A model generated the notes under the pieces. It was given only the letters and a program-made list of their open reading frames with translations, was not told where the DNA came from and did no database searches. A stretch of DNA of 64,000 nt from Nitrososphaerales archaeon (lineage in GTDB: Archaea > Thermoproteota > Nitrososphaeria > Nitrososphaerales > Gagatemarchaeaceae): positions 1,641-65,640 of the forward strand of contig JBEKJM010000003.1 of NCBI GenBank assembly GCA_050011215.1, given 5' to 3'. The position numbers and the translations under genes were made by a program. Every line of letters starts with the position of its first letter. The stretch's first letter is position 1. This document shows positions 18,331 to 27,287 of this stretch, in pieces.

Positions 18331-19163
18331 ACAGGCCCGGCAGGTTCGTCCGCTCTGGCAAGGTGAAGGACATCTACGAGCTCGACGACGGACACCTGCT
18401 CTTCCGCTTCACGGACAGGGTCTCGGCCTACGACGTCGTGCTTCCGACGGTCATTCCCCGCAAGGGAGAAGTCCTCTGCAAGCTGGGCGCACACCTCTTC
18501 GAGACCCTCGGCGTGCCCAACCACATGATCAGGCTAGAGGGTGAAGACTCGATGGTAGTGAAGAAGATGGACATGATAATGGTGGAATGCGTGGTCAGAG
18601 GCTACCTCTACGGGAGCCTGATGGACAGGGCGAGAACGGGGGAGGTGTCGCTGCCCGTCGAGACGGTCCTGGCGGCGAAGCTCCCAGAGCCGTACTTCGA
18701 CCCGACGACGAAGTCCGACCTGAAGGACGAGCCCATGACCGAGGAAGAGATAGTCAGTCAGGGGCGGGCCACCCCCGCAGAACTCGCCCGCATCAGGAGG
18801 TCCTCGATTCAGATCTACGAGCTCATCAGGTCGAGGGCGGCAAACGCCGGGTTCATCCTCGCCGACATCAAGCTGGAGTTCGGCAGGCACGGAAGCGACA
18901 TCCTCCTGGGCGACTCCATAGGTCCGGACGAGTTCAGGATGTGGCCTGCGTCCAAGTACGAGCCCGGGAAGGCTCAGGAGAGCTACGACAAGCAGCCAAT
19001 CAGGGATTGGCTCTCCGCCGAAGGCTACAAGGCGAAGCTCGACCAGGCGAGGAAGGCCGGCGCCCCGACGCCGCCCCCGCCCAAGCTCCCCGAATGGCTC
19101 GTGGAAGAAATGAGCAGGAGGTACGTGGCGGTGTTCGAAAGCCTGTCGGGGAAGAAGCTCTAG
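18321..19163 (+). CDS. purC: SAICAR synthase
   Basis: [22 protein letters not shown] and [10 protein letters not shown] motifs. ATG 18321 overlaps the end of purE. Confidence 0.9.
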   Translation: MEMNRPGRFVRSGKVKDIYELDDGHLLFRFTDRVSAYDVVLPTVIPRKGEVLCKLGAHLFETLGVPNHMIRLEGEDSMVVKKMDMIMVECVVRGYLYGSLMDRARTGEVSLPVETVLAAKLPEPYFDPTTKSDLKDEPMTEEEIVSQGRATPAELARIRRSSIQIYELIRSRAANAGFILADIKLEFGRHGSDILLGDSIGPDEFRMWPASKYEPGKAQESYDKQPIRDWLSAEGYKAKLDQARKAGAPTPPPPKLPEWLVEEMSRRYVAVFESLSGKKL

Positions 19164-20218
19164 GGGCGAGGGTCCTGCCCCAAGAATCGTACGCGAAGGC
19201 AGGGGTCAACCTGCGAAAGGTCGGCCGAATCCAGCGCTCAATGGGGGCGCTGCTCGAAGCCACGTTCCCCTTCAGGGCGGGGAAGATCGGCGCCCCGCTG
19301 ATGCCCATAGGGCACTACGCCGGTCTCATCGACATCGGACACGGCAACGCCCTGACGATGCATACCGACGGCGTTGGCACGAAGGTCCTTGTGGCTCAGG
19401 AGATGGGGAGGTTCAACACTGTCGGCATCGACTGCATCGCCATGACGGTCAACGACCTGATCTGTCTGGGGTCCGAGCCTGTGGCACTGCTCGACTACAT
19501 CGCGTTGGAAAGGGAGAACAAGGAGCTCGTCGCGGAGCTAGGGAAGGGCCTCGTCGAAGGGGCCAGGCGCGCATCAGTCGCCATCGTGGGAGGCGAGACG
19601 GCCATCCTTGGGGGCGTGATCAAGGGGAAGGCAGGGCGGGGTTTCGACCTTGCCTCGATGGGAGTGGGAACCGTCAAGCAGGACGAGGTGATCGACGGCT
19701 CTGCAGTCGAGAAAGGGGACGCGGTGATCGGCGTGGCGAGCTCGGGGCTTCATTCCAACGGCTACACCCTGGCCAGAAAGGCGCTGCGCCGCCGCTCCCT
19801 GGGGGAGCGCGTGGACGAGCTCGGCTCGACGCTCGGAGAGGCCCTGCTGACGCCAACCTCCATCTATGTCAAGCCCTCGCTCGAGGCCATCAGGCGGTGC
19901 GAGATTCACGGCCTCGCGCACATCACCGGCGGCTCGTTCTCGAAGCTAGCCAGGCTCGTCGGAGGAAGGAGGCTCGGGTTCGACGTCACGCTGCCTCCGC
20001 CGCCGGAGATCTTCAACCTGCTAGGGCGTGAAGGAGGCATCTCCGAACGAGAGATGTACAGGACTTTCAACATGGGTGTGGGCCTCTGCGTCTGCCTCCC
20101 CGAGTCAGAGGCGGGCACGTGTGCCCGGGTCTTCAAGTCCCACGGCTTCCCCGCCTACCACCTGGGCTCCGTAAGAAGGGGTACGGGCGTCAGGGTCAAC
20201 GGGCTCGGGGTTTCCTGA
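19094..20218 (+). CDS. purM: AIR synthase (PurM); start codon ambiguous
   Basis: SYAKAGVN.., TMHTDGVGTKV, IDCIAMTVNDL and LHSNGYTL. The only canonical in-frame start upstream of the conserved N-terminus is ATG 19094, which gives a 70-nt overlap with purC. Alternative starts are CTG 19175 and ATG 19241. Confidence 0.8.
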   Translation: MARGRNEQEVRGGVRKPVGEEALGARVLPQESYAKAGVNLRKVGRIQRSMGALLEATFPFRAGKIGAPLMPIGHYAGLIDIGHGNALTMHTDGVGTKVLVAQEMGRFNTVGIDCIAMTVNDLICLGSEPVALLDYIALERENKELVAELGKGLVEGARRASVAIVGGETAILGGVIKGKAGRGFDLASMGVGTVKQDEVIDGSAVEKGDAVIGVASSGLHSNGYTLARKALRRRSLGERVDELGSTLGEALLTPTSIYVKPSLEAIRRCEIHGLAHITGGSFSKLARLVGGRRLGFDVTLPPPPEIFNLLGREGGISEREMYRTFNMGVGLCVCLPESEAGTCARVFKSHGFPAYHLGSVRRGTGVRVNGLGVS

Positions 20219-20333
20219 GCGGCCCACCATTGCCTCACTTCCTTGACTATGCATTGCGGAGAACGACCGACATATGCTTCGGCGAAACTGCTCCTCAGAA
20301 GGGTAAAAAGAACGCTGAACACGCCGACAGCCG

Positions 20334-21362
20334 ATGAAGGCTGTAAGATTCCACAGGCATGGAGGCCCGGAGGTCCTCCAGTACGAGGACGCGCCCGAAC
20401 CGCTGCCGAGCAGCGACGAGGCGTTGGTGAGGGTCAGGGCCTGCGCCCTGAACCACCTGGACCTCTGGGCGAGAAACGGTCTTCCCAACGTCGAGATACC
20501 GCTCCCGCACATTTCTGGGAGCGACATAGCTGGTGTCGTGGAGTGGGTCCCGCCGGAGGAGAGGGAGTTCAAGAAAGGCGACGAGGTGATTGTAAACCCC
20601 GGAATCGGGTGCGGAAGATGCGACAGGTGCCTGACAGGGAAGGACAATCAGTGTAGGCGCTACACCATAATCGGGTACGGCGTCGACGGCGGCTACGCAG
20701 AGCTGGCCAAGGTTCCCAGAGCGAACCTGATCCCGAAGCCAGAAGGGATGAGCTTCGAGGAAGCGGCCTCCTTCCCGCTCGTCTTCCTAACGGCGTATCA
20801 CATGCTGGTGACCAAGGCGGGCGTCGGGGCAGGGGACACTGTCCTCGTTCTCGCATCGAGCTCCGGTGTCGGCTCCGCTGCGATTCAGCTGGCGAAGCTG
20901 TACGGCGCAGGAGTGATAGCGACGGGCGGAGATGCGGAGAAGCTGGAGCGAGCGAAGGAACTCGGAGCCGACTACGTGATCGACCACTACAGACAGGACG
21001 TCCTTGGCGAGGTCAGAAGAATCACCGGGAAGAGAGGCGTCGACATCGTCGTCGAGCACGTGGGCAAGGCCACCTGGGAGTCCAGCGTGAAGGCCCTTGC
21101 GAAGGGGGGCAGACTGGTCCTGTGCGGGGCAACGACCGGGGCCGAAGTGGCCACAGACCTCAGGTACGTCTACAACAGGGAGCTGACCATCTATGGAAGC
21201 TTCATGTCGAGCAAGGGTGAGCTGCTCAAGGTCGTGGACCTCTTCAGGACGAGAAGGCTGAAGACCGTCGTCGACTCCGTCTTCCTCTTGGAAAGGGCAG
21301 GCGAGGCGCAGCGAAGGATGGAAGAAAGCCGGCACTTCGGCAAGATAGTTCTGAAGGTCTAG
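20334..21362 (+). CDS. zinc-type alcohol dehydrogenase / quinone oxidoreductase (MDR superfamily)
   Basis: MKAVRFHRHGGPEVL..., a GCGRCDRC structural-zinc motif and an ASSSGVGSAAIQLAK Rossmann motif. Confidence 0.8.
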   Translation: MKAVRFHRHGGPEVLQYEDAPEPLPSSDEALVRVRACALNHLDLWARNGLPNVEIPLPHISGSDIAGVVEWVPPEEREFKKGDEVIVNPGIGCGRCDRCLTGKDNQCRRYTIIGYGVDGGYAELAKVPRANLIPKPEGMSFEEAASFPLVFLTAYHMLVTKAGVGAGDTVLVLASSSGVGSAAIQLAKLYGAGVIATGGDAEKLERAKELGADYVIDHYRQDVLGEVRRITGKRGVDIVVEHVGKATWESSVKALAKGGRLVLCGATTGAEVATDLRYVYNRELTIYGSFMSSKGELLKVVDLFRTRRLKTVVDSVFLLERAGEAQRRMEESRHFGKIVLKV

Positions 21363-21368
21363 GGCACG

Positions 21369-21381
21369 ATCTCGTAGGAGT
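21369..21381 (+). repeat. att core, left copy (followed by displaced original osmC 3' tail)
   Basis: ATCTCGTAGGAGT. On the minus strand, core plus left flank read ..TCC TAC GAG ATC GTG CCC TAG (..SYEIVP*), ending at 21359. Confidence 0.7.
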
Positions 21382-21423
21382 ATATCGGCTCAAGATAGAT
21401 AACAAAGGAGCGAAAAAACCTAT

Positions 21424-22068
21424 TCACGCATAGACGTCCGGGATCTTCTTCTCGATCACGCGCCAGAGCCCGGCGTCCCCTTTGTGGCAGTACCTTCGCG
21501 CCCAGTTCCGGTCCTTGACCTTGAACCATTCCAGGAGGTCGTTCTCCGTCAGCTCATAGTCTGCTCCCATCTGTGAAGCCCTCTGCGACCTGAACCAGTG
21601 AGCCCAGAGCTCCACGCCCGCCCTCTTCCCCTGCTCGACGACGATATTGTATGCCTGCTTCCTGGTGAAAGGAAAGAGCATAGAGTCGGGGCGCTTGAGT
21701 CCGGCCAGGTACTGCTCGACATAGGGCCAGACGGGCTCTCCCCGCGGGAAGCTGAAGGTCCTCGAGCGCTTCCCTAGCTTCTGCTTGACTATGGGGACGT
21801 CGACGCAGCGGACCCGCTTCGGGTCTGCCAGGTCGAAGGTCGACCGCCTGAGCTGGATTCCTTCGCTGACCCGGCAGCCCGTGAGGAAGAGCGCAGCCGG
21901 CAGAGCCTTGTTCCTGGGAGAACCGCCCGCCTCGCATATCTCCCGGAGCTTGGGCCAGCCTACGAACTCCTCAATCTCCTGGACGCTGTGTCTGTGGTAT
22001 TCGTGGCCGCTGGACCTAGCCCAATAGCCCAAAATCCTTGTCTCAGACATTGGAAAGCTCCCCATCAC
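21424..22068 (-). CDS. tyrosine recombinase, short catalytic-domain-only type
   Basis: 214 aa. LFLTGCRVSEGIQL (Arg I region), HWFRSQRASQM (H-x-x-R) and a C-terminal Tyr region. Adjacent to the left att copy. Confidence 0.75.
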   Translation of the reverse strand: MMGSFPMSETRILGYWARSSGHEYHRHSVQEIEEFVGWPKLREICEAGGSPRNKALPAALFLTGCRVSEGIQLRRSTFDLADPKRVRCVDVPIVKQKLGKRSRTFSFPRGEPVWPYVEQYLAGLKRPDSMLFPFTRKQAYNIVVEQGKRAGVELWAHWFRSQRASQMGADYELTENDLLEWFKVKDRNWARRYCHKGDAGLWRVIEKKIPDVYA

Positions 22069-22194
22069 CCCGCCATTCTGGACCTTTCATACTGAGAGGA
22101 GTAATCCACGGTCAAATCGAAACGCCCAAGTCCCTGGAAGGGGCGAAAAACGGCATAACCTATCTGCCTAACAATGAGGAAACCCACGACACCC

Positions 22195-23070
22195 TCAGGA
22201 AGCGACGTCCGACTCACCCGAGGTTTTTTGGTCGAGTTTGGCCCTTATGCCTCGCGCACGGTCCCGGCCTATGTCGAAAGAGCCCATGAGGGCACTAATG
22301 GAATAGACCCCACGCTGCTGGTACTTCTCAGGAGTCTTCAGGACTTCATCCATGATGTCACTGTTGCTTTTCATGGGCCTCTCGCCGGCCTTCAGGCGCT
22401 TCGAGTATGAGAGGTAAAGCTGGTCCTGGACCCGTTGCTTCTTCGCTTCGTAGGCTTTCAGAAGGGCCTCGCCGGGGAGCGTGAAGTGCTGGACGTCGAC
22501 GATGGTCTTGAACCAGGGCGTCGAGCCGAACTTGTCCGGGATCTGCTTGAAGACCTCGCCCTTGCCGTGGGCCGTGATGTTGATCAGGAAACTGACCAAG
22601 GTCTTCGCGTCCTTATCGAGAAGGCCCAAGCTCGGGATGCAAAGGAACGTCACGAACCGTTTGAACCGATATCCGATCATCGTCTTTGAGAGGATGATAT
22701 TCGCCTCAGACATGAACTGCCTGTGATGCCAGCTTTGGCCGGGTTCATCGTAGATCAGACATGAGAACTTTGGAAGGCTCGTCACGGCGTCCATGTATTC
22801 AGACGCCGCAAAGACGACCTGGTGCTCGACGGCCTTCTCGGGATCGTCGATGAACGTGGAATCGATAAGCTCCGCGAGCCGGAGGGCCGCGTAGCTCTTC
22901 CCAAGTCCGGCCTCACCCTCAATGATGATCCTCGAGTCCATGTTGAGCTTGTTCCGGCGCTCGATTTCTCTGAGAAGAATCCCCTTGTAGCCTTGGGAGT
23001 GTTCTCGCAGCTGCCTTTCAAGGACTCTGGTGTGCTCTTCGCGGAATGTATCGATTATGAAGTCGCTCAT
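22195..23070 (-). CDS. P-loop NTPase of mobile-element origin
   Basis: Walker A GEAGLGKS and Walker B CLIYDEPG. No closer assignment possible by eye. Confidence 0.55.
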   Translation of the reverse strand: MSDFIIDTFREEHTRVLERQLREHSQGYKGILLREIERRNKLNMDSRIIIEGEAGLGKSYAALRLAELIDSTFIDDPEKAVEHQVVFAASEYMDAVTSLPKFSCLIYDEPGQSWHHRQFMSEANIILSKTMIGYRFKRFVTFLCIPSLGLLDKDAKTLVSFLINITAHGKGEVFKQIPDKFGSTPWFKTIVDVQHFTLPGEALLKAYEAKKQRVQDQLYLSYSKRLKAGERPMKSNSDIMDEVLKTPEKYQQRGVYSISALMGSFDIGRDRARGIRAKLDQKTSGESDVAS

Positions 23071-23212
23071 ATCTGGTCTGCCTCCGAGCTGCTTCCGCTA
23101 GTGCTAAAGTGGGAAACACCCTGGACACCGTGGACAGGGCGGACACGGAAGGTGGTATAGTCCAGCGTGTCCAGTGTGTCCACGGTTCCCCCCACTTTAG
23201 GCCCAGAGAACG

Positions 23213-24682
23213 TCAACCTTCAGCCTCCTTCAAGCCCTCTTCCTCTTCCTCCTCCGGTAAGGCCTTCCCCCACTCTTCGCTAGGCCGGAGCCCCAGGCCC
23301 AGGAAGTACCTCACGCGCTTCCCCTTCGGCCCTTCCCTCGACTCCTCGAGATGGCGTCCCGGAAAGTAGAGAGGCAGATTCTTGAAGAACGTGTCCGAAG
23401 TCACGACTGGCAGCTTCCGGAGCTTGCAGTAGTGGACAAACGCCTCGAAGAGAGCCTGCTTCGCAACCGAGGCGCTTGACTCCTGCTTTGTGCAATCGAG
23501 AAGGAATGCCTTCATGGGCGAGCTGCGGCGGATATAGTCGAGCCTCACGTCCTCGGTCGACTTCGAATTAGAGAAGGTCCAGCCGTTGTCTCTGAGTCTC
23601 TTCAGGCCCTCCAGAGCCCAATTCAGCACGCCCGAGAGCTCGTCCGGCGTGGTGAGCTTCTTCAGGAGGCCTTTGTCTGCGAGAGCTCCTTCGAAGGCGT
23701 GTGGGAATTGGATGATGATCCAGCGCCGAAAGAAGGCGGTGGTATCCTCATGGACCTCAGGAACCACGTTGCACGAGAAGGTGAGCTTCGCGAAGTTAAC
23801 AAAGGGAAAAGAATTGTGGAATTTCTTTTCCCCCCTGATCGGGTCGCCCCCGGTGAGCATCTTGAAAGTCCCGACGCTCTGCAAAGCGGAGTCCGGCAAG
23901 TCGGCGTAGATATTCGCGAGTTTGCCGAAGAGGTCGACCTTCGCGAACCTGTTTGTTTCGAGCTCCTGAAGCGAGACGGCGCTGATGTTGTCGACGCCCA
24001 GGAACGACTTCAGGACGGAAAGAAGGGTACTCTTTCCGTTGTTTCCGTCGCCGACGAAGAGGATCGCGACCTGGGCGGGATATCCTCGGTGTAGGCAGTA
24101 CCCGAACCACTCTTGAAGGACCGCGATATCCTCTGAGTACAGAACTTGAGACAGGAACGCCTTGAAGAGCTGACAGTCCTTAGAAGGGTCGAAAATGACC
24201 GGCAGCTTGCTCATGCTGTAAAAATCGGCCCTATGGGGTGCGGTTTGGTTTGTCTCCGTGTCTAGAAGGCCGTTCTCCACGACGAGGACCGGCCCCTCTG
24301 TGTTGAACTCTCCCCTGCTAATGAAAGTCGACCTTTGGACATGGCCCTCCACCTCGTTAACCAGATGGGCGGTGACGTCTCGCGTATTCGAGACGAATTT
24401 CTGGACCCGGCGCTTGATCAGGGCCTCGCCCCCCTCGACGTAGACGCCTTCCTTGTAGACGTAGACCTCTTCGGAACCGTTGAGGGTCGCGAAGTGGTCA
24501 GCTTCCATCAGCTTTTTTGCGATCCGCCAGGCATCAGTCCCGATCTCCCTTGCCTCTAAGTCCTCGAGCGTCGTGCCTTTCGAAGCGAGCTCCTTGACCG
24601 CCTCCGCGTGGAGTTTGTTCTCGGGGATTGTCCCTTCGGCAAGATATCTACGGTAGTCAGCCATCAGGTCGGCGGACCTCAT
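23213..24682 (-). CDS. D5/P4-family primase-associated SF3 helicase
   Basis: VAILFVGDGNNGKSTLL (Walker A), LANIYADLP, GGDPIRGEKKF..F and FFRRWIIIQFP are typical of the phage/plasmid primase P4-family C-terminal domain. Confidence 0.85.
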   Translation of the reverse strand: MRSADLMADYRRYLAEGTIPENKLHAEAVKELASKGTTLEDLEAREIGTDAWRIAKKLMEADHFATLNGSEEVYVYKEGVYVEGGEALIKRRVQKFVSNTRDVTAHLVNEVEGHVQRSTFISRGEFNTEGPVLVVENGLLDTETNQTAPHRADFYSMSKLPVIFDPSKDCQLFKAFLSQVLYSEDIAVLQEWFGYCLHRGYPAQVAILFVGDGNNGKSTLLSVLKSFLGVDNISAVSLQELETNRFAKVDLFGKLANIYADLPDSALQSVGTFKMLTGGDPIRGEKKFHNSFPFVNFAKLTFSCNVVPEVHEDTTAFFRRWIIIQFPHAFEGALADKGLLKKLTTPDELSGVLNWALEGLKRLRDNGWTFSNSKSTEDVRLDYIRRSSPMKAFLLDCTKQESSASVAKQALFEAFVHYCKLRKLPVVTSDTFFKNLPLYFPGRHLEESREGPKGKRVRYFLGLGLRPSEEWGKALPEEEEEEGLKEAEG

Positions 24683-24954
24683 GGGGTCAGCCCCGCCTTG
24701 AAAGCCAAGACCGCGTTAGTTTGTGTGGGCCTGGCAGAGCCCGAAGGCGTCAGCTCGAAGGGGACTAGCAGGAAACAAAAGTAAGCGTAGTCAAACCGCC
24801 CCTTCGCGCCCTCATGATCGGAGGGCTTGATTCCGGTCGTGACCTTTACGCCGGGGAGGGACTCGCTGAAGAATCGAATCAGCGCCGCTATCTCCTCCGG
24901 CGTGTTGCCCTGAATCTTGACGGAGCAGGTCCGATTATTTCTCTCTGGGCTCAT
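24679..24954 (-). CDS. hypothetical protein (element-borne)
   Basis: 91-aa ORF whose stop overlaps the helicase ATG (ATGA), suggesting translational coupling. No recognisable motif. Confidence 0.45.
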   Translation of the reverse strand: MSPERNNRTCSVKIQGNTPEEIAALIRFFSESLPGVKVTTGIKPSDHEGAKGRFDYAYFCFLLVPFELTPSGSARPTQTNAVLAFKAGLTP

Positions 24955-25062
24955 GGTTTTGATTCAGCTTACCCGGTTCCCGAAGGTCAGCTAGAATAGA
25001 ATCAACGATTGTATGCGCCCGTTCCAAGCGTGAGAGAATCGGGTCCTTGGAAGGTGCTTCGC

Positions 25063-25206
25063 TCATACCCTGGAGCTCCCTTTCTGCTCGACAGCCTTCT
25101 CTAGAGCTCGCGCAACGAATTTGCTCCGTGGAACGTCCCCCCGAAGCTGCTCGACCTTCTTGAGCAGGTCCTTATTGAGGGAAATCGCCACCGTCACGCT
25201 AGACAT
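25063..25206 (-). CDS. ribbon-helix-helix (CopG/Arc-type) DNA-binding protein
   Basis: 47 aa. MSSVTVAISLNKDLLKKVEQLRGDVPRSKFVARALEKAV follows the RHH pattern. ATG 25206 lies 27 nt from the shared TATA box. Confidence 0.6.
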   Translation of the reverse strand: MSSVTVAISLNKDLLKKVEQLRGDVPRSKFVARALEKAVEQKGSSRV

Positions 25207-25229
25207 TGGGTCTAATGGAATTATCAACC

Positions 25230-25257
25230 TTAATAAGTGGTCAGTCGCGACTGACCA
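25230..25257. promoter_or_regulatory. bidirectional TATA box plus perfect 20-bp palindromic operator
   Basis: TTAATAAG (25230-25237) lies midway between divergent starts 25206 (-) and 25263 (+). TGGTCAGTCGCGACTGACCA (25238-25257) is a perfect palindrome. Confidence 0.6.
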
Positions 25258-25262
25258 GTCAG

Positions 25263-26057
25263 ATGTCACTGGACAACATCCAAGAAGGAATTGTGTCTTT
25301 GCTCGAAAAGAATCCCCAAGGGCTAGGACAAAATCAAATGTGGAGGGAACTTTCCTGTGCTAAGGGGACATTCCTCGACCGATTAAACAAACTGGAGAAA
25401 GCGGGAATGGTGACATATACCGAAGGTTCCAGGAAGTCAAAGATCTATCAGCTCAACGATGAAATCCTGAAAGGGAATCGCGCAACGTGGGCCTTCAACA
25501 TTCTGATGCTGCATGACGCGATAAATCTGCTGAGCGAAGAGGCCGCTTCAAGACATTCAAACCGCCTCAAATTGGCTCGCGCAACGTTCCTCGTTCAGAA
25601 CGAGGTTTCGAAGTACATCTTTCGGCTCATGTACTTGAAGAATATCGAGGGATTGCTCATGAACTGGGACCGCGAACAGATGCTTTCAGGCGTGGTGGTG
25701 GACAGCCTGTTCGACGCCTATGCAGCGTTCCAAAGGAAGATCGGGGCAACTCATGGGGAGGTCGATTCTGCGATCATCGAGGTGGACCTGAGCAGATCGG
25801 CCGCAGCAATCCTTTGGACTAAGCTAAGAATGGACCGGTCACGGAAAGACGTAGACGAGTGGTTGAAAGAGCTTCCCAGACAGCTTCCAAGGCTTTGGAA
25901 GCGCACAGAGACAACAGTGAATTTGGCAGCTCGTTCTACGGCGTCCTTGTGGGAGAAGGCACGAAAGAGAAGTGACGAGTATCAAGAGCTCCTCCAAAAA
26001 CCAGAGGCAGAGCTCCGGGACACCTTCAAGCGAGAAATCGAAGTGTCTTTCAAGTAG
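25263..26057 (+). CDS. winged-helix protein (element-borne, putative regulator/replication protein)
   Basis: The N-terminus GIVSLLEKNPQGLGQNQMWRELSCAKGTFLDRLNKLEKAGMVTY is wHTH-like. ATG 25263 is chosen from TATA spacing; the rest is unassigned. Confidence 0.5.
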   Translation: MSLDNIQEGIVSLLEKNPQGLGQNQMWRELSCAKGTFLDRLNKLEKAGMVTYTEGSRKSKIYQLNDEILKGNRATWAFNILMLHDAINLLSEEAASRHSNRLKLARATFLVQNEVSKYIFRLMYLKNIEGLLMNWDREQMLSGVVVDSLFDAYAAFQRKIGATHGEVDSAIIEVDLSRSAAAILWTKLRMDRSRKDVDEWLKELPRQLPRLWKRTETTVNLAARSTASLWEKARKRSDEYQELLQKPEAELRDTFKREIEVSFK

Positions 26058-26088
26058 CCCGTGGATTTCGACTTCTACCCCATGGATA

Positions 26089-27246
26089 TCATGGGGTCAC
26101 GCTGACTTTCTTCCCCTTCAGCTCCTTCCGCCTCTCCTCCATGCTCTCCTCGATCATTTGCTGAAGCTCGTTGAACCTTGCTTCCCAGTTCGCCTTCTCG
26201 GAGTCAAACCGTTTCTGGGCCTCCTTCAGTTCGGCTGATGGCTTGTAGAGCCTTAGAGAGTCGTATGCGTTTCGGTAGGCATCCCTTAGCTGCGCGTCCG
26301 AAGGCTTGGAGTACGCTGACGCGGACGCTCCCCTGGGGATATGCCCGAGAAGCATATCGACCCAATTCAGGGGGACGCCGGACCCCTCGAGAATCGTCTG
26401 CGCCCTCTGCCTCAGAACGTGGGGATGGAACGTCTTAAGACCCGTCCGCGTGGTGATGAGCCCGGCGTCGTATGCCACGTTCCCAATCCGTCCGATTATA
26501 GTCGTGTGAGAGAGCGCCCTTCCGGTGCGGCTCTCGAAGAGATAGGAGTCGTCGTTCAACGGCCTGCCCTCAATCGTCCGGACCTTCCCGTGAATATCCT
26601 TCCCTTGCCTGTCCGTCGAGCGCCATGTCAGATAGTCCTTGAGCGCAGCCGCCGCGTCCGCCCCGATGAAACCCACGTATGCCCTCCCTCCCTTCGTTAT
26701 CGAGGCGGGGAAGCTCACCCGGCAGGGAAGGACCCCGGCCTCAAAGTCCGGCTTGATGTGCTTGTATCTGAGCTTCAGGACGGAGCCGATCCGCGCCCCC
26801 GAGTCTGTCAGGAATAGGACCAGGGCCTTTAGCTGCCGGGTCCCCGCAGCCTCCGCCAAGTCCCTTAGCTTTGCGTCGCTCGGCAGGCCGACCGGCTCCC
26901 TTTGAGGCGGAGGCCGGACTAGCTTCAGGTCTAAGTGGAGGTGGTTCGCAGCAAAGAAGGACTTGACGTATGCCCCGTAAGTGTGCGCCCCCTTCACGTT
27001 CTTGACGAAACCCCTTACCGTGTCCTCCGTCTTGAAACGGGCCTTCGCGCTCTTCTCTGTGAGCTCTGCCTCCTTAGCCGCGATCAATTCCTCCGGGTCC
27101 TTCCCCGTGTACTTCGAATATCTCAGGATCGAATAGAGGGCTGCCCCCCTAGTCCGTTCGGAAGCGCTCAGGCTGTTAAGCCAATTCTCGACTGATGGAA
27201 GGACCTCGAGCCGCGCGTATTCCGCCTTCAGATAACACTCAGGCAT
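26089..27246 (-). CDS. tyrosine recombinase / integrase (full length)
   Basis: 385 aa. LFLTDSGARIGSVLKL (Arg I), HPHVLRQRAQT (H-x-x-R) and LLGH..ASASAYS (His/Tyr). Adjacent to the right att copy. Confidence 0.85.
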   Translation of the reverse strand: MPECYLKAEYARLEVLPSVENWLNSLSASERTRGAALYSILRYSKYTGKDPEELIAAKEAELTEKSAKARFKTEDTVRGFVKNVKGAHTYGAYVKSFFAANHLHLDLKLVRPPPQREPVGLPSDAKLRDLAEAAGTRQLKALVLFLTDSGARIGSVLKLRYKHIKPDFEAGVLPCRVSFPASITKGGRAYVGFIGADAAAALKDYLTWRSTDRQGKDIHGKVRTIEGRPLNDDSYLFESRTGRALSHTTIIGRIGNVAYDAGLITTRTGLKTFHPHVLRQRAQTILEGSGVPLNWVDMLLGHIPRGASASAYSKPSDAQLRDAYRNAYDSLRLYKPSAELKEAQKRFDSEKANWEARFNELQQMIEESMEERRKELKGKKVSVTP

Positions 27247-27287
27247 GGGTCCTGAGCATGGGGGCGGGGCGTCTTAAGGGTTGTGAG

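Noticed and set aside
18587-19093. N-terminal 170 residues of the 543-aa track ORF, which would make PurM a giant fusion.
   Set aside because: This part is simply the +1 frame of purC staying open in GC-rich DNA. The translation is Arg/Gly junk, and PurM homology begins only near 19180.
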